Source: Deltaproteobacteria bacterium
GTDB lineage: Bacteria; Myxococcota_A; UBA9160; SMWR01
Direction of reading: 5' to 3'
NCBI GenBank assembly: GCA_032128375.1
Contig: JAQBGU010000024.1
Coordinates: 2,263 to 66,262 of the forward strand
DNA: 64,000 nucleotides
The position numbers and the translations under genes are program-made. Under the pieces are notes generated by a model. That model saw only the letters and a program-made list of their open reading frames with translations, was not told the DNA's origin and did no database searches. Below are positions 28,044 to 38,227 of this stretch, piece by piece (the first letter of the stretch is position 1; each line of letters starts with the position of its first letter).

Positions 28044-29117
28044 ATGGGAACTCACGCGAGCGTAGGAATCATCGCGAATCCGATGGCCGGGCGAGACGTC
28101 CGACGCCTGGTGGCCCGCGCCACTTCGATGACGCCCGAAACCAAGCGCGACCAGGTGGCCCGCGCCGCTATCGGTGCCGCGGCCGCTGGCGCGAGTCGGA
28201 TATTCGTATCTGCTGAGCCGTTTCGAATTTCTGCCCGCGCCGTCGAGAACCTCGATGTCGGTGCAGAGATCACCGTGCTGGATATCGGTGCGACCCTTCA
28301 CGCCGAAGATACGGCGCGTGCGGCCATCGCAATGCGCGAGGCTGGCTGCAGCGCGCTGGTCGTTCTTGGAGGTGACGGCACGAACCGGATCGTTGCCAAG
28401 GCCTGGCCCGATGTTCCACTGGTTCCACTATCGACCGGAACCAACAATGTATTTCCGGTCTCGGTCGAAGCGACGCTGGCCGGAGCGGCCTGTGGTCTCG
28501 TGGCGTCGGGCCGTATCTCGCCAGATGAAGTGAGTCGCCGAGCGAAAATCGTGAGCGTCGAAATGGCAGCAGGCGATCGAGATCTCGCGCTCGTCGACGC
28601 GGTGCTGCTCGTCCACGATCGGGTTGGAAACCTGTTGCCCTTCGACCCGAAAAATATCGCGCGGGTCGTTCTGGCGCGCGCAGAGCCGGCCTCTGTCGGG
28701 ACTTCTCCGATCGGTGGCCTGCTCCAGCCGAGCAGCTTCGAAGATGACTTTGGTGTCGTTGTGGAGTGCTTGCCGGGCCACACGCACGCGCCCGGCGCGG
28801 GCCACAGCCTGCGCGCGAAACGACTCCTGGTGCCGGTGTCACCCGGGTTGTATCGGGAAGTCAGCGTAACCGGCGTGCGCCGGCTCGAATTGGGCGAAGT
28901 CGTGGAAGTGTGCGGTCCGGGCGTACTTGCGTTCGATGGAGACCGGGAACACACGCTGGCCGACGGACAGCGTGCACTGCTCTCGGTAGTCCGCGAAGGC
29001 CCACGCGTGCTGGACGTCGGGCAAGCCTTGCGGCTGGCTGCACAGCGAGGGCTTTTCATCGACCGAGAATGCTGGCACGACTCGCTCGATGAACGCGCCG
29101 ATGTGGGGTGCTGTTAG
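28044..29117 (+). CDS. NAD kinase-fold protein (AcoX-like)
   Basis: GIIANP.AGRDVRRLVA, GGDGT, STGTNNVFP, AFDGDRE. Confidence 0.85.
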   Translation: MGTHASVGIIANPMAGRDVRRLVARATSMTPETKRDQVARAAIGAAAAGASRIFVSAEPFRISARAVENLDVGAEITVLDIGATLHAEDTARAAIAMREAGCSALVVLGGDGTNRIVAKAWPDVPLVPLSTGTNNVFPVSVEATLAGAACGLVASGRISPDEVSRRAKIVSVEMAAGDRDLALVDAVLLVHDRVGNLLPFDPKNIARVVLARAEPASVGTSPIGGLLQPSSFEDDFGVVVECLPGHTHAPGAGHSLRAKRLLVPVSPGLYREVSVTGVRRLELGEVVEVCGPGVLAFDGDREHTLADGQRALLSVVREGPRVLDVGQALRLAAQRGLFIDRECWHDSLDERADVGCC

Positions 29118-29303
29118 TTCGCGACGTCGCGGACGCGCGCTGCGCAGCGTCGTGCGGGTGGGAGAGTGGATTTTCCCCTCGGCTGGCTGGCTCTCGATTT
29201 CGACTTCGACCGTCCCGTCCCGCTTCGAGACGGGAGGAGTTGCATCGCTGCACCGGGGCCAGCGTCGTTGTCGTGGAGAGGGTAGCCTCTCGGCGAATAT
29301 TGC

Positions 29304-29333
29304 TTGATTTGAGCCGCTGATGGCTGTGATAAT
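29304..29333 (+). promoter_or_regulatory. Possible sigma70 promoter
   Basis: TTGATT-N18-GATAAT with extended TG, about 100 nt upstream of 29430. Confidence 0.4.
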
Positions 29334-29429
29334 CGGCCACAGCTCATATCCAACTTTCAAATCTATCGTCGCCTGCTGTTTGACGCGAGTGGCTCGCCTC
29401 GGGGGGCTGATCTCGCGGGAGGAAGCTCA

Positions 29430-31943
29430 ATGGTATCTCGGTCGCTCACGCTGATTCTCCTCACTGCATCGCTGCTGGGTCTCGGCGGCCAATGCAATCC
29501 GCCGGTATCGCTGATCCAGATCGCCCGTCCGATCGAGGGCCAGTTGGACCCGGTAGTGGGACCGAACGAGTTGTCGGTGGTCGAGATCAGGATCGTCGTC
29601 CCGTCGGGAACGACAGCTCTGTCCGCAACTCTGGACGGCGGCGATATCACTGGCTTCTTTCCCGCTTTGAGCGGTTCTGCCGAGGTGATCGAGAAAGTCC
29701 TGTTCGCGTTCGGTCAGGGGGAGCACCTGCTCGAGGTCAACGCACTGGTCGGCGGTGTTCCCAGTGTCACGATGCGAACCTTCGAGAGCGTCGTACTCGA
29801 GAACCCAGCGGAGTGCGAAATCCTGAACAACGTTCATTGCATGTACCCGTATCCGAGCAACCACTTCACCGTCGCGGACGTGACGACCGAGACCGGCTTG
29901 CGGCTGAACATTCCCGCCGGCGCGTCTCCCCAACCCATCGGGGATCCGATCGACCCGGCCGAGTACAACCAACTCGACGGCTTCAGTCCCACCGCGCAGA
30001 TCCTGATGCACTTCCCCGGCGGTGTGGACCTCGCATTGTCGGACGCACCGCGACTGCTCGACCCGGAATGCTGCGGCCAACCGGCCGGTCCTCCGTGGAT
30101 CGACACGCGGACCTACACCGATCGCTCGCTGGAAGTTGACTTGATGGGTCATCCGGCCAGCCCGACGTTGCTGATCGATACCGTGACAGGCGACCTCGTG
30201 CGACATTTCGCCGAAGTCGATGGGCGCACGGCCGACGTGTCGCGGCAGTCGTTGATCCTTCGACCGGGAGAAAGTTTGGTTCCCAATCGCCGCTACATCG
30301 TCGCCGTCCGCAACCTGGTCGACGGCGTCGGCGACCCGGTCGGGGCGGAGCCACCCTTTGCGGTGTTGCGCGACAAGCGCTGGACGACGATTGCTTCGCT
30401 GGCGGCCAAGTACGGCCGCTACGAGTCGGACATCTTCCCAGTCCTGGCAGCCACCGGGGTTCCGCGCGGGAACCTGATCCTCGCCTACGACTTCACGACC
30501 CAGAGTGAAGGCCAGCTAACCCGTCAGATGCTCTCGATGCGCGACCAGTCCTACGCGTGGTTGGCGGCGCGAGAATCCGAACTCGTCCCGGGCGATTCGG
30601 GCACGGAAACATTCACCGTCGATGCGGTCACGGACTTCGATTGCAACGTTGCTGGCACAGTGCTGCGGCGAATCGTCGCAGGAAAGTTCGAAAGCCCGCT
30701 GTTTCTCGATGGTGACCTGGCTGCTGGCAGTGCGCAGTTCATGAATGTCGACGCGGCTGATGTGCCGGTGCAGAACCCCGGCACGCCGACTCACAATGCG
30801 CCCTACACGATCGGCATTCCTTGTACGCTCGAAGATGCCGACCTCACCAATGACCCGGCGCGCCCGCTGATTCTGGGTCACGGCCTGTTTGGCACGGGCA
30901 GGAGTATGGTGGAGGGGATCCCGGGCCTGATCGGCGCGGCTGGGCTGGAATTTTCGTATATCGCTGGCGCAACCGATTGGCGGGGTCTGTCGTCGGTAGA
31001 CCTCGCTTGGCTGGCCACCCAGATCCTCGGCATCGGGACCCACAAGCTCAACAACTTCGCCGCGTTCCCGGACCGTCTGCGACAGGGCATGCTCAATACA
31101 TTGGTGCTCGCGCGCATGATGAAGGATGGTTTTTTCAACAACAACGCCGCGTTTCAGCTCGGCGGCAATGGCGTGTTCCCAGGCACGGCCGAAGAGGAGT
31201 ACTACTACGGCATCAGTCTCGGCGGCGTCATGGGGCTATTCTTCTCAGCGTTGACCCCCGACATCGAGCGCTTTGGAATCGATGTTCCGTCGATGAACTT
31301 CTCGTTTCTGCTCCAGCGTTCGACCCAGTTCATTGCCTTCGAGCAGATCCTCAACGGCATTGGACTCACCGATCCGATCGACCGGATCCTTGGGATCGGG
31401 TTGTTCCACGAACTGTGGGTGAGCGCCGAGCCGGCGGGATACGCGCGACACATCACCACGGATCCGCTGCCAGGTTCGGGTGGACCGTCCAAGATTTTGA
31501 TGACCGCGGCGTGGCTCGATAAGCAGGTGTCGAACCAGGCGACCGAAGTCACCGCCCGAACGCTCGGAATCCCGAACCTCACCGGGTCGATCGCGCAGGG
31601 CTTTCAGGGAATACCCGACGTCGATACCGACATCGCCGGGCCTCAGGACTCGGCGCTGGTGATCTGGGATACCGGTTCGTTCGATATTCTCGACCCGGCG
31701 CAGGAACCCGTTATCCCGCCGCTGTCGAATCGGATTCCGAGCGACGTGTGCGATCCGCACGGTTTCCGTCCGTCGATCCCCGCATCGATAGAACAGTTGA
31801 TCGATTTCCTACAGCCGGGTGGGCAGATCACGAACACCTGCGAAGGGGCGGGGAAACTGTGCGACGCGGGGAGCCCGGTCGAACTCTCACTGGGTTTCGA
31901 TACGTTGACGCCGCCTCATCCGTGCAACCCCTACGTGCCATAA
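29430..31943 (+). CDS. Large exported protein with C-terminal alpha/beta-hydrolase (lipase-like) domain
   Basis: Signal peptide ending GGQC; PYPSN, LDGFSP, GHGLFG, nucleophile YGISLGG, late DPH. Confidence 0.8.
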   Translation: MVSRSLTLILLTASLLGLGGQCNPPVSLIQIARPIEGQLDPVVGPNELSVVEIRIVVPSGTTALSATLDGGDITGFFPALSGSAEVIEKVLFAFGQGEHLLEVNALVGGVPSVTMRTFESVVLENPAECEILNNVHCMYPYPSNHFTVADVTTETGLRLNIPAGASPQPIGDPIDPAEYNQLDGFSPTAQILMHFPGGVDLALSDAPRLLDPECCGQPAGPPWIDTRTYTDRSLEVDLMGHPASPTLLIDTVTGDLVRHFAEVDGRTADVSRQSLILRPGESLVPNRRYIVAVRNLVDGVGDPVGAEPPFAVLRDKRWTTIASLAAKYGRYESDIFPVLAATGVPRGNLILAYDFTTQSEGQLTRQMLSMRDQSYAWLAARESELVPGDSGTETFTVDAVTDFDCNVAGTVLRRIVAGKFESPLFLDGDLAAGSAQFMNVDAADVPVQNPGTPTHNAPYTIGIPCTLEDADLTNDPARPLILGHGLFGTGRSMVEGIPGLIGAAGLEFSYIAGATDWRGLSSVDLAWLATQILGIGTHKLNNFAAFPDRLRQGMLNTLVLARMMKDGFFNNNAAFQLGGNGVFPGTAEEEYYYGISLGGVMGLFFSALTPDIERFGIDVPSMNFSFLLQRSTQFIAFEQILNGIGLTDPIDRILGIGLFHELWVSAEPAGYARHITTDPLPGSGGPSKILMTAAWLDKQVSNQATEVTARTLGIPNLTGSIAQGFQGIPDVDTDIAGPQDSALVIWDTGSFDILDPAQEPVIPPLSNRIPSDVCDPHGFRPSIPASIEQLIDFLQPGGQITNTCEGAGKLCDAGSPVELSLGFDTLTPPHPCNPYVP

Positions 31944-33289
31944 CCTAGAGCGCGGAGCTTATCGGCGAGCGCTGGATGGATCCGGACATCCGGCTCGACG
32001 GTATCAGGCAGCGGTTGCTGCTCGACCTGGGTATCGAGCAGCGCGCGCATGCGTGTCGCGGCTTGCGGTTCGAGGTCGATCAGGTTCACGTTCTCGCCCG
32101 GGTCGACATCTCGATCGAACAGAAGCTCACCGCCGGCATCATCGACACTGCGAATCAACGTCCACTGCCCGTCGTTCAAAGACTCTTGAAGTCTCGAGTC
32201 GGTGTACAGCCGGGCGGCGAGCGATGCGAACGCGGGCCGATCATCGCGGCCCGGTCCCTCGCTGAGCGTCGTTAGCAGCGACTCGCCTTGAAATTCGTTT
32301 GGGATCTCGAGCCCCGCGATATCCAGCAGGGTCGGTGCGATATCGATATTGCGGACCTGGGCGGGGACGCGAATCGGGTCGACGACGAATGGAAAGCGAA
32401 TCACCAGTGGAACGGCCAGCACCGACGCGTGCAGATCGCGGGCGTGTCCGTTGCTTCCATTTTCTCCGAACGCTTCGCCGTGATCACTCGCGAGCACCAA
32501 CACCGTGCGTTGCAGCGATCCCCATTCGTCGAGCTTCATGCGGAATCGCTCGATGACTTCGTCCACCCATGCGATGGATGCGCGGTACGCACCGGCGTGT
32601 CCAGAACCGAACCCTTCGAGATCGGAGGGAGACGCGTACTCATGAACATCCATGAAATGCAGATAGAGGAAGAATGGGCGGCTTGGGTCGCGGTGTTCCA
32701 GCAGTCTCTCCGCTTCGAGGTAGACGTTGTCCGCGTGGGGCCAGATCATCGGCTTCATTCCTGCGAGGTTTCCCCCGCGCGGGAACAGGTAGTGATCGAA
32801 GCCCTGGTGGAAGCCGAACGTCTGCTCGAGCCAGCCGTTGCTCTGTACCGCATAGGTCTGATAGCCAGCCTTCGAAAAGACTTCGGCGACCGTGAGTGCG
32901 CCGGCCGCGAGCGCATCGCGGGTCGCGCGAATGCCATGGCTCTGCGGCCAGAGCGACGTCATCAAAGAGGCCATCGAAGTCTTCGTCCACGACGACTGTG
33001 CGATCGTATTGTCGAACACGACCCCGCGTTCTGCCCAGCGGCCCAATTCCGGTGAGATGCGCGAATCCGCACCATAGGGTGTAGTCCAGTCAGCGCGGAG
33101 TGTATCGACCACGATCAACACGATATTGACCGGTCCGCGCGAGGCCAACTCCAGCGCGATTCGATCGATAGGCGTGGCGCGTTCGCACGCGAACCCAAGC
33201 AACATCGTCCACGCGAACATTCCGACGCCCAGCGCGCGGGCGGATTCGCTAGCCGCTGAGCGCAGTTTGACGCGGTCATGGCGTTTCAT
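31931..33289 (-). CDS. Sulfatase-like hydrolase/transferase (Thr-type site)
   Basis: VDTLRAD, WTKTSMASLMTS, HFMDVH, SDHGE, C-terminal LRALGY. Confidence 0.9.
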   Translation of the reverse strand: MKRHDRVKLRSAASESARALGVGMFAWTMLLGFACERATPIDRIALELASRGPVNIVLIVVDTLRADWTTPYGADSRISPELGRWAERGVVFDNTIAQSSWTKTSMASLMTSLWPQSHGIRATRDALAAGALTVAEVFSKAGYQTYAVQSNGWLEQTFGFHQGFDHYLFPRGGNLAGMKPMIWPHADNVYLEAERLLEHRDPSRPFFLYLHFMDVHEYASPSDLEGFGSGHAGAYRASIAWVDEVIERFRMKLDEWGSLQRTVLVLASDHGEAFGENGSNGHARDLHASVLAVPLVIRFPFVVDPIRVPAQVRNIDIAPTLLDIAGLEIPNEFQGESLLTTLSEGPGRDDRPAFASLAARLYTDSRLQESLNDGQWTLIRSVDDAGGELLFDRDVDPGENVNLIDLEPQAATRMRALLDTQVEQQPLPDTVEPDVRIHPALADKLRALGYGT

Positions 33290-33295
33290 TGTCGT

Positions 33296-35713
33296 CTACT
33301 CGCTGAACTTCGCCAGTTCCTGTTTTGCGCGAGCAGCGATGGGATCGTGCGAATCCAGTTCGGCAACGAGGCTGGATAGCAGCCCCCGTGCATTGGCGGA
33401 TCGACCTGTTCTGGTGTACGCCAGCGCGAGGTGGTACTGAATCGTTGGGTCGGTGGGAGCTGATTCGAGTGCTCTTTCCAACAAGCCGACGGATCGCTCG
33501 GGCAGGCCGCTCTCGAGATATAGCCAGCCCAGTGTATCGATGACGTCCGGGTTCGAATCTGCGACCCCATAGGCCTGCTGTGCCACCTCGAGTGCACCCG
33601 CGATATCGCCCTGCTCCGCGAGGAGCAGCGCGAGGTTGTTGCGGGGTGCGACTTCGCGCGGGTCGGCTTCGATCGCGAGACGATAGCTCGCGATCGCGAG
33701 TTCGATCTCACCGAGCTGGGTCAGCACCACTCCCAACATGAAGCGGACCGGGCTGTTTCGGGGTCGGGCACGCAAGTAGGTCTCGCAGTCGCTTCGCGCC
33801 CCCTGCAGGTTTCCTCGCGTGGCGCGATAGCGCGCGCGCAATGCCAGGGGTGCGAGTTGTTCGGGATCGAGTTCGAGGGCGCGATCGACAGCGCGACTGC
33901 CGGCCTGGCTGTCACCGCGGAGTAACTGAAGCGCTGCGAGAGACGCGTGGTGTCGGGCCACGTCGGGTGCTTGTTGTGTGGCTTCGACAAGCAGCGCCTC
34001 GCCTGCGGCAAGCTGGCCGCGCGCGGCCGCGAGCATCCCCAATTCGGCCAGGAGCTCCGGGTGCTCCCCTGCGTCGCGCCGAGCCGTGGTGAGTTCCGTC
34101 TCGGCCTCGTCCAGTCGGTTCTGGGTCCTGAGCACAAACGAGAGCAGCGCGGCCGGCAGTGCGTCCAGTGGGTCGCGCAGGCGATATTCGCGTGCCAACC
34201 GCTCCGCGACGTCCAGATCGCCGGCGCGCACCAACGCGGTGATCGCCGTCCCATATGCCAGCTTGTTGGCGGGTGCACGGCGCACCCAGGACAGTGCATG
34301 CGTCGCCACGGCATCCCACTCTCCCTTGCGCTCCGCCAGGCGCATCAGCTCGATCGCCCCGGCCGCATGGTTGCCGTCTCGCAGCAGTGCGAGCCCGTAA
34401 CGGCGCTCCGCGTTTTCCACGTCGCCCGTCTGCTCCAGCGCACGACCGAGCCAGTACTGGGTGTGTGCCACGTCTAGGCGCGATACCACATGTCGGAGCC
34501 GTTCGACGGCATCAGCAGCCTCGCCCTTCTCGAGCGAGATGCGCGCGTGCAGATATTCCAGCTGCGGATCGTCGGGTGCAATATCGGCCAATTTCGAAAG
34601 TTCACGTTCCGCCGCGACGAGATCCGATTCGATCAGGTTCTCCGCAAGATACAGGCGCGCGGTTGTGGACTCTGGAAAGCGAGCAACGGACTCCACGTTG
34701 GTCGCGAGCGCCTGTTCGAGTTGGCCGCGATCGCGATAGAACTGGGCCAGCGTGGAGAGCGCCGCTGGGGTGTCCGAAAGGCGAGCGAACTCCACCAGAG
34801 ACGATTCGGCGGCGTCGAATGCGCCCTGACCGATGAGGACCCGGGCCAGAATGGCGTGCAGCGACGCTTGCGTCGGATCGCGTGCGATTTCTGCACGCAT
34901 CAAGTCTCGAGCCTCGTCTGCACGCTCGAGGTGGAGTTTCGCGCTGACGAGCGCCAGCAATATTTCTGCATTGGATGGCTGCCGCTCGTTGAGAGCCACG
35001 AGTCGGGCGTGAGCCGCGGCGAGCTCGCCCTGTGAACTTTCGATGGTCGCAGCAATCAGTTCCAGACGAATCGACTCAGCCTCGTCTGCATTTGCCCGTG
35101 AGGCTTCGATGACTGCCGCCGCTTCGGCGAGACGATTCTCTCGAAGCAGCGTACCGATCCGGGTCGCGCGCACCTGAGCCGAGTCGGGGTAGATCTCTTG
35201 CGCCTTTGCCAACAGCTCGAGCGCAGGTTCGAGGTTGCCCAGCGAGAGTTCCGCCTGAGCCTGAACCAGCAGCGCTTCGAGATGCTCAGGTGACTCGCGG
35301 CCGACCGATTCGACGGCCGCGCGGGCCCGGACCGGGTTACCCAAAACGAGGGCAGTTGCGCCGAGTTGCAGCTTCAATCCAGCGTGATCGGGAAAACTCC
35401 GAACGCTCTCTTCGAGCAGCCAAAGCGCCTCTGGCGCTTGACCGGCGCGAACCATCAGCGCCGACACCACGAGTACCCCGTCAGCATCATCCGGCGCGCT
35501 GTGGCGCAGCCGGGACAGTGCACTTCGTGCACCCGATAGGTCCCCCGCGGCGAGCGCTGTTTGTGCATCGATTCGCGCCCGGGCTGGGTCTGGTTCGGAC
35601 CCGCATGCCATAGCTAACAGATGCCAGGCTGTGAGGGCAAGAATCACGCTCTTCGATGCTGCAACGAGTGAAGCGTTGCGGGTCGTGGACCGTTTAGCAG
35701 GCGAGGAAGCCAC
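33296..35713 (-). CDS. TPR-repeat lipoprotein (PrsT-like); start uncertain
   Basis: LAMAC lipobox-like, many TPRs, C-terminal NNLA...DTLGW...IQYHLA pattern of PEP-CTERM system TPR proteins. Confidence 0.82.
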   Translation of the reverse strand: MASSPAKRSTTRNASLVAASKSVILALTAWHLLAMACGSEPDPARARIDAQTALAAGDLSGARSALSRLRHSAPDDADGVLVVSALMVRAGQAPEALWLLEESVRSFPDHAGLKLQLGATALVLGNPVRARAAVESVGRESPEHLEALLVQAQAELSLGNLEPALELLAKAQEIYPDSAQVRATRIGTLLRENRLAEAAAVIEASRANADEAESIRLELIAATIESSQGELAAAHARLVALNERQPSNAEILLALVSAKLHLERADEARDLMRAEIARDPTQASLHAILARVLIGQGAFDAAESSLVEFARLSDTPAALSTLAQFYRDRGQLEQALATNVESVARFPESTTARLYLAENLIESDLVAAERELSKLADIAPDDPQLEYLHARISLEKGEAADAVERLRHVVSRLDVAHTQYWLGRALEQTGDVENAERRYGLALLRDGNHAAGAIELMRLAERKGEWDAVATHALSWVRRAPANKLAYGTAITALVRAGDLDVAERLAREYRLRDPLDALPAALLSFVLRTQNRLDEAETELTTARRDAGEHPELLAELGMLAAARGQLAAGEALLVEATQQAPDVARHHASLAALQLLRGDSQAGSRAVDRALELDPEQLAPLALRARYRATRGNLQGARSDCETYLRARPRNSPVRFMLGVVLTQLGEIELAIASYRLAIEADPREVAPRNNLALLLAEQGDIAGALEVAQQAYGVADSNPDVIDTLGWLYLESGLPERSVGLLERALESAPTDPTIQYHLALAYTRTGRSANARGLLSSLVAELDSHDPIAARAKQELAKFSE

Positions 35714-35730
35714 AAAGTAGAGCCATATCA

Positions 35731-35759
35731 GGAAGGCCGCCGATTTCCGGCGGCCTTCC
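35731..35759 (-). terminator. Perfect 12-bp hairpin after the PEP-CTERM gene
   Basis: GGAAGGCCGCCG-ATTTC-CGGCGGCCTTCC; no U tract, so could be a stabiliser or attenuator. Confidence 0.6.
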
Positions 35760-35787
35760 GCATGCAAAAATGCGCGTCTCGAGTGCG

Positions 35788-36477
35788 TCAGTTCCGGCTT
35801 CGTCGCCAGCCCATCGCCGCGAGTCCGAGCATGCCGAGTCCGAACATTCCGAACGTGCCGGGCTCGGGCACCGACGGTGTGAAGGTGCGACTGATTTCTT
35901 GGCCGACCAGCGTAATCAGGGCCGAATTCCCGCCGATCGTTATCGACAGAATCGCGTTCAAGGTCCCATTGCCAAACGTGCCGAGGCCACCGACACCCAG
36001 GCTTGACACGCCAGTGATCGGTGTGAGGGACATGACCGAAATCGGGAAGGTGCCGAGAATGTTGCAAGGACCCGCTGGCGCACAGTTGATCAGTGCCGAC
36101 AAGTTCAGCGTCAAGGTGCCGATCGCCAGATTTGCGAGCCCACCGGTGAGCACACCGGCCGCAGCTCCAACCTGGGTCCCGGTAATGTTACCCGTCAGCA
36201 ATACGGCGCCGCCGACCGTTCCGTTGACGGTTGCCTGAAGACTCAGATTGCTCAGCGAGGCGGCCCCGGCAACCGGAGTCGTAATGCTGTTGCCCTGAAT
36301 GGTCACAGAAGCGGTTGACGCAATGATACTGCCGTCCGGCGGAATCGTGAGAATTCCGCCCAAGATCGAAATGATGCTGTTCGACAGGTCGAAATCGATC
36401 TTGATGGTGCCCGCTTGAGCAGGGGCGGCGAGTAGCATTGCCACCGCAGCGGCGGTGAGTGCGAATCGACATTTCAT
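35788..36477 (-). CDS. PEP-CTERM sorting domain protein
   Basis: Signal peptide (AQA), Gly/Thr/Ser/Leu-rich body, VPEPGT + TM + WRRSRN; GGAG RBS. Confidence 0.93.
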   Translation of the reverse strand: MKCRFALTAAAVAMLLAAPAQAGTIKIDFDLSNSIISILGGILTIPPDGSIIASTASVTIQGNSITTPVAGAASLSNLSLQATVNGTVGGAVLLTGNITGTQVGAAAGVLTGGLANLAIGTLTLNLSALINCAPAGPCNILGTFPISVMSLTPITGVSSLGVGGLGTFGNGTLNAILSITIGGNSALITLVGQEISRTFTPSVPEPGTFGMFGLGMLGLAAMGWRRSRN

Positions 36478-37028
36478 ATGAATTCTCCGGATCAGAAAAT
36501 TTCCCAGCAGAGCCGGTTCATACGAAATCGCCCAGCCCGTCCCAAGTGCAGAATATCATGCACGCGATGTGATGTGGAAACTTTCTCAGACTCCCCAACC
36601 CCCTTGAATCAAAGGAAAATACGCATGTCGACGGCCTGGTGGCTTGTTCACGGCCGCTCGTCAACTCCGCTTGCCGATCGATCTGTGTCGAACGCAAAGA
36701 TCGATTCCCCGCGGGGGTGAAATTGCTGAATTTTGGGGAGTTCACGAAAACACTGGGAACCATAGGCCGAGTGGTGGCGTCTGTATTACCGGATCAGTTG
36801 GGTCGTTCTCCTCCGACTCAGCGGATCCGGGTCGTGCCAAGTGAGCAACGAAAACTTCAGCAGCGATTCCCAAGTGCAGCCAACGAAAATGGGGATCGGT
36901 TTCCCGGCGTAATTTCCCTTCCGCCCGGAAGCCGGTCCCCTCTCCTTTCTTGGCACGCCGTATTCGCCACCCGTGCATGCAACTTTCCCTGGCGCTCAGA
37001 CGCTATGAGTCCCGGTTGGAACGCTGGG

Positions 37029-38024
37029 TCAGGACCCTCGCCGGTCGAGCGTCCGCTGTGTGCGGCGCTTTGCGAGGGTCGCCATTTGGGCGAACAGCTC
37101 GCCGACATTCGCGCGTTCGTCACTGCCGGAGAATTCCCGAAACAACGTCGCGACATTGACTGCGATTCGTTCGGAATCTCCCCAAGCGGAGTAGTCGCTC
37201 AGCGAAATATCCTGCGCGGCTTCGAACGAATTCATCCCGGCATCGAAGCGCTCTCGTGCCTGTTTTGAGATGTACATCAAATACGACTGGACTGCGGCGG
37301 CACCCCTCTTGTCGGTTATCGGACCGTGCCCGGGAACCACGGTTTCGACGTCGAGATCGATGATCAGCTGACAGGCGTCGATCCAATTCTGCGTTGGTCC
37401 GGCCCAGATGATGGGGTGGCCTTCGATGAACAGGATGTCGCCGGTGAATACAGTCTTGTCCGATGGTACGTAGACCAGAACGTCGCCTCCGGTGTGCGCC
37501 GGACCCACGTTGATCAACTCGACGCGCTTGTCGCCGACGGTGTGCGTCAATCGATCGTCGAACGTCAGCGTGGGCAGCGTCTGCTGAATTCCGTCGAACT
37601 CGAATGGTCCAAAGCACTTCACGAAGAAGGCCCCCGCCTCCGCGCTGGTATCGGCGTTCTTCAGCATGGCGGCCATCGTCGCAGCACTCTCACGCCGCAT
37701 CTCTTCGGCACACGCACTGGATGCCACGATCTCGGCGCCATAGACGAGCTGGTTCCCGTTGCAATGATCTCCGTTCGAGTGGGTGTTGACGAGCGTGTCG
37801 AAGCTGGCAGCGGCAACGGGCTCGGCGTCGCGCATCGCGTCGAGCATCTCGCGGGTAAGTCGCAGATCGAACAGCGTATCGACCAGCAGCGATTCGTCGC
37901 CGTCGACGACTAGTCCAGCATTGCTCCAGCCCCAACCGCCATCGGGTTGCAGATACGCATAGGCGCCATCGCCGAGATCCGTGAGCCCCTTGCGATAGGC
38001 GAATTTCGGAAGGCCCAATCCCAT
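37029..38024 (-). CDS. MBL-fold metallo-hydrolase (cyclase-like)
   Basis: WGWSNAG, NTHSNGDHCNGN, AHTGGD, GD, PGHG; ATG after GGAGA. Confidence 0.9.
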   Translation of the reverse strand: MGLGLPKFAYRKGLTDLGDGAYAYLQPDGGWGWSNAGLVVDGDESLLVDTLFDLRLTREMLDAMRDAEPVAAASFDTLVNTHSNGDHCNGNQLVYGAEIVASSACAEEMRRESAATMAAMLKNADTSAEAGAFFVKCFGPFEFDGIQQTLPTLTFDDRLTHTVGDKRVELINVGPAHTGGDVLVYVPSDKTVFTGDILFIEGHPIIWAGPTQNWIDACQLIIDLDVETVVPGHGPITDKRGAAAVQSYLMYISKQARERFDAGMNSFEAAQDISLSDYSAWGDSERIAVNVATLFREFSGSDERANVGELFAQMATLAKRRTQRTLDRRGS

Positions 38025-38040
38025 ATTGTCGAATCTCCGT

Positions 38041-38197
38041 GTCGAAGTAGGTGGGGTTGTCGAAGTAGGTGGGGTTGTCAAAGTAGTCGGGGTTGTCGGA
38101 AGTAGTGTTGGGGTTGTCAAAGTAGTCGGGGTTGTCGGAAGTAGTGTTGGGGTTGTCGAAGTAGTTGGGGTTGTAGAAGTTGTCGGGGTTGTCGAAG
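38041..38197. repeat. Imperfect 18/21-bp tandem repeat (GTCGAAGTAGNNGGGGTT), 8 full units
   Basis: Six 18-mers, two 21-mers and a partial unit read directly; intergenic. Confidence 0.95.
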
Positions 38198-38227
38198 ATT
38201 TTTTGAGTGTCGGGGGCTTGTGAAGGT

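Noticed and set aside
36621-36640. Sigma54 promoter for the PEP-CTERM gene (AGGCCGTCGACATGC, minus strand)
   Set aside because: Only the GG-N10-GC spacing matches; this is expected by chance at this GC content.
38041-38197. CRISPR array
   Set aside because: Units are contiguous with no unique spacers and no cas genes are present; the same holds for the arrays at 1117 and 13369.
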